From positions 22,444-86,443 of the forward strand of contig DF237346.1 in assembly GCA_000708835.1 (NCBI GenBank): a DNA stretch of 64,000 nucleotides, given 5' to 3'. Position numbers and translations under genes: made by a program. This document shows, in pieces, positions 13,701 through 29,670 of the stretch. The notes under the pieces are model-generated. The model did not search any database. It saw nothing but the letters and a program-made list of their open reading frames with translations, and had not been told where the DNA came from. How positions within the stretch are numbered: the stretch's first letter is position 1; the number at the start of each line of letters is the position of its first letter. This DNA is from Klebsormidium nitens (Eukaryota > Plantae > Klebsormidiophyceae).

Positions 13701-14893
13701 TTCTGACATGGAGTGCATCCGCATCTGGTTCGCTGTGCACTGCAACGGTTTTGATCCCTAAGCGTCGGCAGCTTTTGATGACGCGGCAGGCGATCTCGCC
13801 ACGGTTTGCAATCAGAATCTTGTTGAAAAGCTGCAGGGTTCGCACAGAGGGGCAGCTGGATGAGCGAATGTTAAAGCACAGGCACGAATTCGAGCTGCCT
13901 GAGATCATGAACTTTTGGTCCGGAAATCTACCTCAGGACTTATGCATTCTTATCGTTCTGGTTACCTGCGGTGAAACTTGGAAAACCCATATGGAAGGGG
14001 CAACCGTTTGTGATTGAGGAAGCTGTCACCAACATATCGTTTTGTTGCAACCAGGTTTGACAAGAATGCCTACAGGAAGTTTGACAAAGAGTTGATCAGA
14101 AAGACAGGAATTGCTGTTCTTTGTGAGGCGTCATTCTCCTGTAGCTTTTTGCAGAATTTCTCCAGGCATACCTTCAAGTTCTTACGAAAGACTTTCAGTT
14201 TTTCAAAACATTCTTCATGGAACATATCAGCAGGGTTGGGGGCAATCTGGTTTACATCAAAACCATTTCAGTTTCTTGTTACTACCTGTGTGCCTTTTGC
14301 TGGTTTTCTGACACCTTCAGAAGTGATTTGATGAGCTTTGTCCAACCAGGGACGGCCGATCGATCACCCACCTTTTTATCTGATGAAGCTGGCCTTGCCT
14401 CAGCAGCTGCTGCATTCGGCTGACCAGCCGTTGCATATCCTCTCCCTAGATAGAATTGTGTGAACTTGTCCCGGTCCTGAGTAGCACCACCTTCTGTGCC
14501 AAACAGTGTCCCAGCAGGTGCAATCACACCCAATGCTCCACAGGGCCGGAAGTCTGCAAACCTTCCCTCTAGTTGGCGTCTTGCCCTGAAAGCAGACTTG
14601 TTTGAGAGGCCGAAGGTTTTGCGGCGTCCACTCTTTGTAGAAACCCCAGACTCTTGACAATCTGGTGGTTGTGCACTTTGCTGCCAATTGAGGTCAAACT
14701 GGCTGCCGTTGCTAAGCGCTGGCTCTGTGCCAATGTGAGCACAGCCTGCTAGGTTGTTGTCATTAACATCTCTGCTACCATTTGGACTATGCCAGCTAGT
14801 AGACGCCAGGGCTCTTGCAGCTTTGCGTGCACTCCCTCTCGCGGTGCTGTTTAGCTTACGCAAAAGAAGACCTTCCTTCAAAAGACGCGCCAT
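4799..14893 (-). CDS. PCCA: Propionyl-CoA carboxylase alpha chain (biotin carboxylase + biotin carrier), mitochondrial-type presequence, about 15 or more exons
   Basis: Exons in order: [15 protein letters not shown] (~13680-13835), [11 protein letters not shown] (~12730-12845), [18 protein letters not shown] (~11841-11916), [15 protein letters not shown] (~10820-10930), VIEEAPS...[14 protein letters not shown] (9648-9878), RVYAEDP...[30 protein letters not shown], and EAMKMRN...IIEFE* (stop 4799-4801). [12 protein letters not shown] and GNITTKF favour PCCA over MCCA (ERDCSVQRRHQK). Confidence 0.9.
6310..6490 (-). repeat. Decayed tandem duplicate (pseudo-exon) of PCCA exon 6124-6290 plus its acceptor
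   Basis: cag|GGCGTGAAGTTGGATGGCGCCAAG... mirrors cag|GACGTGAAGTTGGACGGCTCCAAG... at a 190-bp offset. The copy carries an in-frame TAA ([12 protein letters not shown]). Confidence 0.85.
9120..9560 (-). repeat. Decaying tandem copies of the 3' end/donor of PCCA exon 9648-9878
   Basis: GACCTCGTGGAGTTCATGCTCAAA|GTGAGG at ~9510-9550 copies GACCTCGTGGAGCTGATGCTCAAA|GTGAGG. A weaker copy lies at ~9390-9440 and a ~45-bp tandem pair at ~9130-9220. Confidence 0.75.
9940..10230 (-). repeat. Decaying tandem copies of the acceptor/5' end of PCCA exon 9648-9878
   Basis: ccag|GTGATTGAGGAAGCCCCGAGCAC (~10005), ccag|GTGATCGAAGAAGCCCCGAGCGT (~10127) and ...TTTGAGGAAGCCCCGAGCAC (~10210). Period is about 120-125 bp and each unit includes upstream intron sequence (GACGCTTYTGCC). 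Confidence 0.85.
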
Positions 14894-15277
14894 TTAATTT
14901 TGGAATCAAGCTCCTCAAACCTTAACAATTGCTTCACTTTTTCGACACAACAATGTGCATGGTGCTCCCGAAATTCCTAATTGCTTTCTGCCAAAGAGCT
15001 TTACGATCGTGGAAAGGTGCCAAGTGCGAACGGGCAGCTGCAAGCTACCTATCCCTTTGAAAGCGTCTGGTTCAAGCTCCAATTCTCGAAAAATTCACGT
15101 GCAATCTTCAAAGCTGAGCTGGATACCGGTAGCATGCTGCCAAGTCACTCTAGCCTTTAGGACTAACGCCGACGGCGGCCTTCGGGGCCGTCATGCGGCA
15201 TGCCGACTTGGATAGAAGCATGAGGCCCGGTTTGAAAGGCCGGTGAGAAGTACCATGCAGGAGTCGGATTTTGGGCC

Positions 15278-15725
15278 CCTTGAAAGTGTATACTAAGAAG
15301 CGTCGGGATAGCAGAAGCGTCAGCCGGCGTGACTTCGAACCGGGTGCAGACTGAAAACCGACGGTTCTGATTTTCTAGGGTTCCGGCACGCTTTCATCTT
15401 GGATGAAAGTTGAAACTCCCGTTTATCCTGTTCATGGATGCACGCATGACTCGGCCTGAGTCCGGGGCCGGATCGACCGGAATCGAAAACAGACGGAACG
15501 GATCCAAGCCTCTGCAGTCCCACGCACTGCAGATCTCCGATATTAATTTAAGGAATATTAGAATGGCTCGTGCAGCTGGCTGGGCAGGCATGCCGCCCTG
15601 TTAATAACAACATCAGCCACACGTACACCGGATGTGAGGGCATGCCATACACATGTAGAGACCATGCCCAGGTTGCATCCGGCCACTATCTACTTCGGCC
15701 CGCTTCTTAGTATACACTTTCAAGG
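15278..15725. mobile_element. MITE-like element with 25-bp perfect terminal inverted repeats
   Basis: CCTTGAAAGTGTATACTAAGAAGCG (15278-15302) has its exact reverse complement at 15701-15725, with a non-coding interior. It lies between the PCCA 5' end and the PRMT1 3' end. No clear target-site duplication. Confidence 0.55.
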
Positions 15726-16232
15726 TGCCACTGGGAAGTAAATGACCGTCACATAGGACAACGACCGTCCAATCTAGTGGCCATATGTATCTGATCATTT
15801 GAATGCATCCAATCGACATATCCTACTAACCGTCACGAGGTGGGATGTTCGAAGCAATCGTCAAACGTAGGTATGTGATTATTGAACTCAGTCCATCCCA
15901 GTCAAGAATATAAGTCAAGCGCTGGAGGATTGCCAGGTTGCCTACGTTGACGGGCACTTCATCCTTACATGCAGATTGAGTTCAAGTTTCCAACTGAAGC
16001 GCTGGACTGATCAATCAGCTTCGGAATCTCAGGTCTGCATGCTTCTCATTATGCTACTTCAGTACCTTAGGGCACCTATACGGGGTTCACATGTCTGGAT
16101 GCACTCCTCTCACAATGCTTCTTCCTTGCAACACAAAGCAAACAAAGCAGCCGCTAACCAAGTTTCTCGTAGATTCACCTGCGTCACCAAGAAGCGACTG
16201 ACGGGGTCACTAATGGCAACGTACCTCTTTGA

Positions 16233-19970
<3,738 letters not shown>

Positions 19971-22132
19971 GTGAACAGCTAAAATGCTTTCAAGAGGTAG
20001 ATTCAAGTGACTCAGGAAACCGGGACAGTCAGCAGCAATGCATTGAAGAGGTCCGATAACCAGCATTTCTTTAGGTATTATCCTTTCAATTTGATCAAGT
20101 ACGTTGAAGCCAACACCAAGTGATGTTGACAAAATCGTAGTTAAGAACCTTTTGCCAGCTGGAGTGTGCCAGGTTTTACGAAAACCATACAAAATATGTG
20201 TTCTGAAAGACTAGTGCCTTATGTTTGGTGACAAAGCAGACTGGCCACAAAAGAAGGACCCAATTAATCACTTCGTAGCACCACCAATGGCCGGAAGCTT
20301 CTTTCACAAGTCCATTCTTTCTAGATTGTACTCAAACCCCCAGTATGTCCAGCATGACGTTTCATGCCAGCCAGAAAGAGGTTTTTCCCAGAATGAGAAC
20401 AGCGATGGATGAGACGGGAATGCTAAGCGGCGGCGGACCGGGCAGCACTTTGCAGCCAAAGGTCACTCAGCTGGTTCGCCAAAGGTGGTGGCTCACTATT
20501 TGTGATAAAGAAGCCCTTAACATGGACTCAAGCCTAAGGTTTCGAAAGTCGAGGCATGCTGTAGCAACCCTTTCGCCAGAGACTACTCGAAGAGGTAAAA
20601 GCATCAGCAGCTCGGCGGTGTAAGGAATCATGTAAAAAGCAAGCCAACCAGCATCTGGACCCCCAACCTGTCAATGATCTACAATCACAGAGTCCCTTGG
20701 ACTCACCAATGGACTTACCACTGGACCCATCACGGACTGCACAGTGGTAGCTATAATATCCACTTTGGCCCTCAAAGTTTCATGACATTGACATATGCAG
20801 ACCAAAGAGGAAAGCTCAAAGAGGTTACAAGTTCTAAAGAATGCGGCTACCTAAAACAGCAAGATCTGCGAGCGGCTTACCTCCACATCCATCTCTCTTA
20901 TATGCTTGTTGAGTTCGCTCGTCCCTGTAGCGTCATCAGCGAGCTGCGCTGCCTTGCCCTTCCGCTTCCCCATAGCGTCCTGGCTGCTTGTGGAATCTAC
21001 CGGGCCAGAAGCTTTGCTGCACTTGCTGGATTATCGCCTCTCACGAGTGTCCGCCAGAAATCTTCTTGCGTGACTAGCTACCGTCCATGGAACTTTTCAG
21101 GTTTTGAAAAGGCCAGAGCTGAGAGAGGGAGTTTGAACTAGCCATGGCAAGGTTTGGTTACTTACCATTACCGGTCCCCCCGGGCCAGTGGCAGCCGGCC
21201 CCGGCCGGACTCAATGTTTACGGGTGCATGTTTGTGAGACGTCCGATCCGCACAAACGTGCATCGACGGTCGAACTGACATGACAGCATCATCGTGACAC
21301 CAATCAGCCTGGGCGGCCGCGTAGATGGGTAGTATCGCCGCACTGATCGGGCAACGGTCAGGGCCGCCAAGATTGCCGGCTTCAAGTCTGCAGGGGAAAG
21401 GCGGCTGCTTCGGCTGCTCACAGGGCATCTTCAACAATCGGCCTTTGAAGTAGTACTAGAAGTTCTGAATTGGATGAAACAATCTTGGGTACTTGGGCAC
21501 TGGCCGACGCATGACGCACAAGTGTTCTTGTTCATCAGACGCTCATTGCAAGCCACGTACGTCATTCGCTTAGTAGTACGTGCGGGGTAATCAACAAGGA
21601 AGAAAGGAACTTTGATGCAGCGGCCCGCGGCAGGTTGCACTGCAAGTTGGATTTACCTGACCATACTAAGCCACACAAGGTCAGGCCGTTCTCCTGGCCG
21701 AGGCGGCCGCCGCGATGTACGACACTGGAACACTGCATGAGCTCGAATCTCTGACAAAGCACAGAAATTCAAATCGCCCCAGCTCTGCTACCTATAGGAG
21801 ACTTCGATATCGCTCGCTTCATAAGGCAAGCTCAATTGGCTATAATGCCCGCGCCTCGAAGATTAATGTGAGTGCCAGTGACGGCACCTCAAGTATCTAA
21901 GTATATAAATCTCACGTCCTTTCGCCTTTGGTCAAGTACCTGGCTTTGACAAAACTGCTGATGCGAATCATACTATGTTCTTAGCGCGGCCATATTGGCC
22001 CAACTCGAGCGAATCATCAACGCTGAGATCGTCCTTTCGCAAAAGCTATTGGAAGTACTTTCAGCAACACTCAAAAACACTTTCTAGATAAATCTAAACT
22101 CTGGGGCACCGTTCCCGAGAAGCTTTCGTTCT

Positions 22133-25100
22133 CTAGGTGCAGAAAGTCGGCTGGTAGGTGTAAACAAAGTTGGTCTTGGTCTGGTCGCCCCTAACCCACG
22201 TGGTTAGTGACTGCATCTGCTCGAAGAGGAACTTGGCGTTGCGGACGACGGTCCCGGTGTAGTCCTCGGAGGAGAGCTCGTACTTGAAAGACGCCTCAAC
22301 GAGGACTGCACAATGGAGCAAAAGTCTTCAGTCCGATGAATCATCAAGGAATGAATTTTGGGTGGCTGATCGAACAGTCGCTCCATCTCCGAAGTGGTAC
22401 AAGGGGGAATTTGCTCCAACCAGGACCGCGGGAAGCCGTTTCCAAGATTGGCAATATGAGTAGACAATTCCAAATGAATAATTAATCGCTCTGATACACG
22501 TCAGTGGGGCCGACGACGACTTCGAGTTGCCTGCTTTTTGCAAAGGACCTAAGCGGTGGCCCAATGGTGTTACTAAACACTAGCGGTCGCCCGCTCATAA
22601 GAATCCGCAAAGCACTAGCCCACTTGCCGAAGATAGAGGGAAAGCTTCACGTCCGTAAGTTTCGAACGTACATACACGTGATAGGAGAAGCAACCAAGGT
22701 CTATGATCGGCTTTCAACGGAATCACGTGTGGCTCCAAACTGCAGCAGCTTTGTGCAAGTCCTTCTTTTGACGCGAATCACGGCCAACGACTCGACCTCA
22801 AGACGGCATTTCAGAAAAGCCCTTGCAGCGCTCTGCAGAAGATTTCTACCGAGGGAGGCCTAAAAGAAAAGTCGAGGTCTTGGCCGAAGCACGTTTGACG
22901 GCAACAGTCCGACATCATTGCCAGTACAAGGTGAATACATTTAACAGCCTTCTAATCAGGATATGTAATCGGCAAGCATCCCTGGTTTATCCCGAATTCT
23001 TACCGGGCGAGGTGGCCGTTGGTGACGTGTACCAGACGGTCACCGAGAATTCGCAGCTCAGAGCTCCGAGGTCGACAGTCTGCGGTTCGGACGAAACAGG
23101 TCCGGTTAGTATAACCCGCAAGGGGTTCCGATTGCGCCCGAAGAGGTCCGTTAGAATTTCAAACGGCAACGTAATACATGATCAGGAAGATAAGATCGGC
23201 GATCCTTTCTAGTCTGTAGATATGGCCTGACAAAAAGTCCGGGTTTGAAATCGAGCTCCCGTCGTCTTCTTGGACGTGCTCATCGACGGCCCACCAAATC
23301 CTTGGTGAATACCAAGAAAGGTTCCCCGTATTTGGATTAACTTGCCCTCAAGAAGTCTGGGTTCAGAAGCGGGTTATTACCTCGTCTTTGTAAACACGCT
23401 CCTCAATTGTGAGCCCGCCAACCTTGACCAGCGCGAGTGAGTCGGAGTAGCCGTACTTGTCACGGAAGCCGTGGAACTGCTCGTTGATGTCTTGCATCTC
23501 GTTCAGGTTCTTGCTGCAGAGGAGGGACCGTTTGTTGCACTCATATACTGCCTTCTCTTTCGACGTGCGCTTCTCGTGAAATTAAAGACTGAACCGAGAG
23601 AGACACCTCTTGGCTTATTGTAGGGAAAGTGAATTGGTCTTAGAAACATCCTGAGATATGGGCACAGGGCTTTTGAACACATCCAATAGATGCTCTCATT
23701 TATGCGGATGGTTCTCTACGTGCTGTGTGCAAGAAAGCAGCAAACCAATCTCGAAGCGACGCAGAAGGTTTCAAAAGCGATTTCCAACCGCAGCTACTAT
23801 TACCAGTCTAAGCAGGCATGTTTGCACTCACTTTAGCCTGCACCAACACTGACCTGCACTAACGCTGACCTGCACTAACACTGACCTGCACTAACACTGA
23901 CCTGCACTGACCCAACCTGCACTAACCCAACCTGCACTCACCCAGCACCGATGCTGACCGTGTTCGAACTGGACCACTTGGAATTGAAGGGAGCAGCAAT
24001 ATCCTCTTCGAACTTGGAGCTGCCGGGGTCGACTGCAGTAGACAATCAGCGTTCCGAATGAGGAAAAGCGGGTTGAAAGGCTCTTTGAAACCGGTCGAAG
24101 CTCTGATTATGAACTGAACAGCCGTAAGTCGGTTTTATGCCGCAGCTTAAGTAGTCTGCCTTCGCAGCTCGGTCCAGCGGTACGCATGTGCCAAGCCAGT
24201 AGTGGTGACGCAATCAAAACGGCCTAAAACCAGTTGTACTTGTTATGTTGGCCTTCTCAAAATTCAGCTTCCCAGTAAAGTGGTTCTAGCTACACGAGGA
24301 AGAGATCCAAGAATGGACTTCAGTGATATTATCCCTCGCTTCAGTACAACTCACAAAGAGCTCCTGCAGGCTCGTCAAGGCTTCAAGGCTCGTTATGGAA
24401 CGTGCATGATTCACTACAGAGGAGGCACAGCGAGCCGGACCTCGGGAGTTTACAAACTACTGAAAAGAAAAAGATGCGAGTACACATGTACGACAATAAG
24501 CACAACGTCGAACTTCAGACATGTGGTATGTACCAGAGGTGACGTCCTCCTTGGCAGCAATGTAGCGGTCCGGGGAACGGAACTTGAGGGTCACCTCGCG
24601 CGCGCCGCCCTCGTTGCGCTCACGGTATGCGTAGCCATTCTTGTTGACCAGGCATGTTCCTGCGCATAGCAGAACGAAAGGTTCAGTATTCCTTAATTCT
24701 CGAGTGCTTCGAACTCCAAAAACGTAGCTTCTTTGTGCGGACCTTTGTCAGCCCATCCAGTCGGAATGCTAAGAAGTTCGAACAGGGCGTCAAGGGATCT
24801 CTTTACTACACAGAAGCTTAGAGATGGTTTGAATGTGCACTTTGATGAAGCAGCAACGAGGGTGTTTCTCCCGAAAATTTCAATATCCGAAGCTCGCTTT
24901 GAATAGGATATCTTGCATAACGAGGATAGAAAGGGCCAATCGCCAGGACTTGTTACGCCTGCAGTAAGCGTAGTCTACTCTGCAGACTGATGCTGCTAGA
25001 ACAGGGGGACTAATGTACCAAATCCCGTCACTTCTTATGCTGTACATAGTGTCACGTAACAAGATATCAAACAGGAAACTTTCCATTTTTGACATAAGCT

Positions 25101-26909
25101 GTCACAGGTGCTGCAGCTGTTTAAGGTTCAGTGGCCTGGGGCCTGGGCCTTCCCTTTCAGAGTTTCGTTTGCTACCATGGGCTACACCTTATAAATTGGT
25201 GTGTAACAACAATTGAGACTGAAAGCATATCCTGCTGCAGTCTGGAATCACTCAAGGCTAAAAATAAAAGGGTTAACCGCCATATTTGCCCACCCTGGGT
25301 GTCGTAGAAGGAGATAGCCCGGGAAGTGCGGAGGTCGAAGGCACTCCCCCCGATGGTGCAGCAAGTAATCTTGGGGGCAAGGGCGGTCCACCAGTTGCGC
25401 ACCTGCCAGCAATGCTTGTTGTCAAAACTTCCCTATCCTCAAACGACCAGGAACTTACAGGTGACTTGAATTAACCAGTGGAGTACCTGTTCTTATGGCC
25501 CATGAAGTAATGGATCTACGGCAGCTGCCTCCTGGTCCCTCCTGCATATAAGGAGGTTATGCCGGAACCCAGCTTGTTGAGAAGTGGTTAAGCTTTCCTT
25601 GCCTTGGTTGTTTTACCTGTAGAAACAGTCAACAGACACCTACCAAATTTTCATGAAGGCAACACTTCTGAGTTAGATTGCCTTCCTCAGCTTAGTGACC
25701 CAACTTTCGCATCTCAATGACCCCGCCAATACTTACTGCGGTCTGGGTGGCGGCAGACCCCGGCGCGCCAGCAAACTTGGTCTCGTCCAGCAGGATCTTG
25801 TACTCGCGAGACCCGACCAGGGGGCTGCAAGCAGCGGCATCAGCACCTGGTGAAACAGGGATTCAGAGAGGTCAACTTTTGATCCAGATTCAGTCTTCGT
25901 CATTCAATATCTGGCAGGTACGATTGTCTGGCAGGTACGATTGTCAAGGAGTTGTATGCTCATTGTGATAAGGGAGGAGGTCAAAAAAAGGGGATGACTG
26001 AGCAGATTGCGTGAATGATTCTATGAAGCAGGGTCCAAAGCAAACGTTTCAATGTGCGCATACATGCTAAGGTGGATAGCCAATGAGCTCTTGAGAGATG
26101 CTGACTGCATCATTGAAGTGAAAAAGATTCAGAGACATGTCCAACTGTTTGGAAAATCCTCTCGAAAGATGAGCGGTTGTGTGGAAAGATCGGTAGGATC
26201 AGTAACCAATAAGATTCCTTGGTGCCATAGACATGGAGTTTGAGGACCCGAGTACCAGGTTGATGTTGAATGCAAGCTTGGCATATCATCGCCGATTGTT
26301 TGAGCGCCAGTGAAAGCAGGGGAATCGCATCGATGGCTTTGGTTTGATATTTGCGCTGAGGCGTCAACATGCAATAGTTGGACAGCAAGAGGATGCTTTG
26401 GGCCGCTCTGTAAATCAACCTGGTGAATTACAGGGAGTAATACAAGACTTGCGCGAATGAGCGCTGCAGCAGCCTGGAGGCAGCTTGAGCAATGTGGGTT
26501 CCACCAATCTGTGTCCGGAAAGACTACTTGCCTAGCAGGGATTTGAAAGACAGTCTCAGGATTCTTTTGGGAGGCGACAAATTGGCCGCTCGTATTCCTG
26601 CTAAGCTCGCCATCAATGCTTGTCATACATAAGCAGAGGAATGGTACAGGAAAAAAAGAATGATACACAACTATCCCAGCACCACCAGTACTACTATTGA
26701 AATGCAAGCAATTGATGTGATTTCGAATAGAAATGTATGTCAGGAACTGAATACTATACTGATGGGCACCCAAATTCCCTAATATGCCTGCGTTATTGAT
26801 CAGAACAGATCCAGACAGGAAGAGGCACAGGCTCACCTTGGAAAAGCAGGCATGCTGATGCGAGCACAATAGCCACGATGGCCAGCTGGGTGGCGGTCAC
26901 GGAGGCCAT
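22133..26909 (-). CDS. Secreted protein of a bacterial-type CYTH-like (triphosphate tunnel) family, about 8 exons
   Basis: Signal peptide MASVTATQLAIVAIVLASACLLFQ|G, then exons LVGSREYKILLDETKF, RAISFYDTQ|G, NGYAYRERNEGGAREVTLKFRSPDRYIA, SKFEEDIAAPFNSKWS, GLTIEERVYKDE, EFSVTVWY, and LVEASFKYE...TKTNFVY...CT*. All have GT-AG boundaries. The motif order matches a bacterial uncharacterised CYTH-like family as I recall it. Confidence 0.65.
23837..23947. repeat. ~16-bp minisatellite (CTGACCTGCACTAACA)n at a 5' splice site
   Basis: About 7 units start right at the donor GG|GTGAGT of the CYTH-like gene. On the minus strand several units read CAG-GTCAGT-GTTAGT. Confidence 0.85.
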
Positions 26910-27319
26910 GGCGGTAGGGCACACGTCCAAACGGTCCTGAGCTTTTCTGATAAACGTACCTTTGGTGATCGCAAATGCAGAGCACACAACGCCTGATGTG
27001 AGGGGTCAGTTGTTCCTAGCAGGGACACGGAAGGCTGGGGTGCAAATGTTGTAGGACATTGGAGCAGTGGACAAGGAACGTCAGGGAAGCGATGAGTGCT
27101 GTGCTCGGAGCTCCCTCGCTACAACAGCACAGCTGAGCACAACCAAGCACAGCCGCTGCTGCGGCGCTGGTGTGGATCAATTTGGAAGTGTCGTCACGCT
27201 GACCTCAGCAGATGCCTAGCTCACCCTATTGCACTGCGCAGCGGAATCGGGGATTCCATCGAATGAGCTCCCCATATTTAAAGCAATAGAGAAAGGACTC
27301 ATTCTCAAAGCCAGCGACA

Positions 27320-29670
27320 TTATTTCGCCCAGTTTTTCAGCCGGCAGGGGACCTCAGCAACACAGGAATTGGAATCACAATTCAGTATCCATTGTTCAAG
27401 GAAAGGAGAGGAGTGAAAGTGGAGGGCTGAGCTTCGCAACGAGTTCTTCAGTTCTTCGACCGAGCCATGACATGTGCACCTGTGCTGTGCGGCCAGCTGG
27501 CAATCCGCAATTATACTCCGTGCCTCCGAATATTCTTGAGGGATGACCACATACATTGGTACTCGGCTGTCGCCGGAAACTAGCCCGGCGCAAATGACCA
27601 CCTAGGTCATGCCGGTTCAAGACTTTAACCTTACCGGTAAACTGCTATGCCCGGTAACGGGGCCAGCCTGCAGGAAATGATTAAGGACATGGGTTCCCTT
27701 GCGCATTTTACGGGGCCAGCCGGCGTGAACTTGCTCGACTTCCCGGGCTGTTTCCCCGGACTATGAGCATCAAAAACACAGTGCCTTGTCGCATTTATTA
27801 GGGCATCTTAAGCTGATTGACACGTCAGCCCGGAGAAGGGTGCCAATCATTGCACGGCCGGAGCATCGGATACGGCCGAGTCCCCGGTCTCTACTAGCTT
27901 CCCTACAGTACTCCAACCGGGGACTCCCAAGACTCCACTCGACCAGTGGCAGAGTGGCCCGTTCAGTAGGTATGTCAGTCGGAGTTGTCAAGTGATACGT
28001 TCAAAGAAGGCCGCATGCCCACCGAGGCACTAATTGACTTCCTCCTCAGCTGAACCTATGCGACGGTCCTTCGCAGCCGGTTGCACTTTGCCAGTACTGC
28101 ACGCGTGAGTGTTAAACAAGTTGGATCATATCAGTCATGAAGCAAGGCTTTCGAACGAAGTCTACGGATCTCTGCATGCTGCATACCGTATGATAATGTA
28201 ATCACGCTCGTGCTAGTGACGTCCGGCCTAGACGGTGATTACAAGATATTTGTAGTGGCACTGCTCCTACGTCACCGCATGCGCGGGCCCGTCAGAACGG
28301 TGTTTCAGGCAACGATTTATCAACGTGTAACTCTGTAGCCTGACGTACTAGTGTTATGGTCTACCCGTGGCACTTGTCCTCGTGCGTAAAGGGCCGCGCA
28401 TCAGAACATACCGGCGGCCAGGGTATATCGTTCAAGCTCCATCTCTCTGCAATGAGCGCGAAATCCGGGCACGGGCCTTTTGAAGAGGAAGAGAGTTTAG
28501 TAGCAACGAATACCCAGGAGCTTTGATCTTCGGACAAGCTTCGAACACTCGGAACACTCCGATGCTTCAACGTTCAATTGAGAAGGGCCGCGCTCTTGGC
28601 GGCAACGGCGATGCCAGAAGTCAAAGCACTTGAGTCAGGTATACGTACCACGGAAGACTGCCAAAATGTATGCGCAAAGCTGGATTAATGGTGTCGATAT
28701 AGTACCTGCATAGAAGTGAATTAAGATATATCGTGCGTTGAGGTTGCAGCGCTGTGTTTGCCTGATCGAGCACAGTCCCAATGTTGCATCTGATTTTCAG
28801 AATCAAGGCCCATCAACTCCGCGCAAGAGTGAGGAGGAGGCTCACCTGCAACTACTTGGGGGAATTCAAACACACAGTCGGTTTGGCGGTACTGTGAAAC
28901 CGACGAGATGTCTCGAAATTAAAGAACGGCCTCCGCCTCGAAGGGAAGATAAGACACCAGGGTACTAAGAACGAGAAGCAGAGGTAAGAAGAAGAGAAGG
29001 AGTTGGGGATGTCTGTCGGTGGGATAAAACAAGAAGGAATAAACCAAAATTTCCACACCATCAATCTCAGATAATAAATTTTGCACGTTTAATCAAGTCA
29101 GGTGTCATCCGTTTGAAAGAATTACAGAAGCGACCGAAATCCGGAAATGCCCACTTGCGACGGAAAAGTAGCTGCCGGCCAGGCGAAGTGTCCGAAATGG
29201 ATGAAGAATTGAATCAAAATTCCAGCGGCGCTTCTGAACATGGCACTGATCAGGGATGGCAAAACATTCTCGTTGAAGTCGTCGCACTCGATTGATCCGA
29301 AATTGTTTTAAGAAAGGCGCCTCCGCGGGATGGTACCCCTCCGTTGCAAAACTGGAAGCATGTGCAAGAGCTGTGATCGCATGTGCATAGTGCCATGCGA
29401 TTGAATCCCAAAGCCAGAGACAACTGTAGAGGGGATAGTGCAAACAGATAAGGTGTAAAAGTGCCTGATGCCACGGAGGATGGCCTTTTTCGCGCGCCGC
29501 AAGTCGCTCCAGCGTAATGCACACTCGAGTGTCCAGGGTGACTGTGCCAGTACTAGTCTGTTCAAGTAAACCATACATCCGGTTTTGAGGTGCTAGACGA
29601 CGATTGATGGATTGAGGACAAGCTGAAACGGAGACCTTGAATTTAGACAATAGAGTAGTCACTCCCACAA
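27320..29670 (-). pseudogene. Possible degraded transposon-like coding relic
   Basis: Several interrupted minus-strand reading frames with protein-like composition (WSDLRRAKKAILRGIRHF; YYIDTINPALRIHFGSLPW; RVFEACPKIKAPG; VVIPQEYSEARSIIADCQLAAQHRCTCH). No diagnostic catalytic motif recognised. Confidence 0.2.

Noticed and set aside
4799-14893. Methylcrotonyl-CoA carboxylase alpha or acetyl-CoA carboxylase
   Set aside because: [25 protein letters not shown] and the C-terminal layout fit PCCA better, and there is no carboxyltransferase domain.
26129-26869. 246-aa minus-strand ORF
   Set aside because: It starts in the CYTH-like first exon region and runs through intron sequence, with no recognisable domain. 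It is probably a chance open frame.
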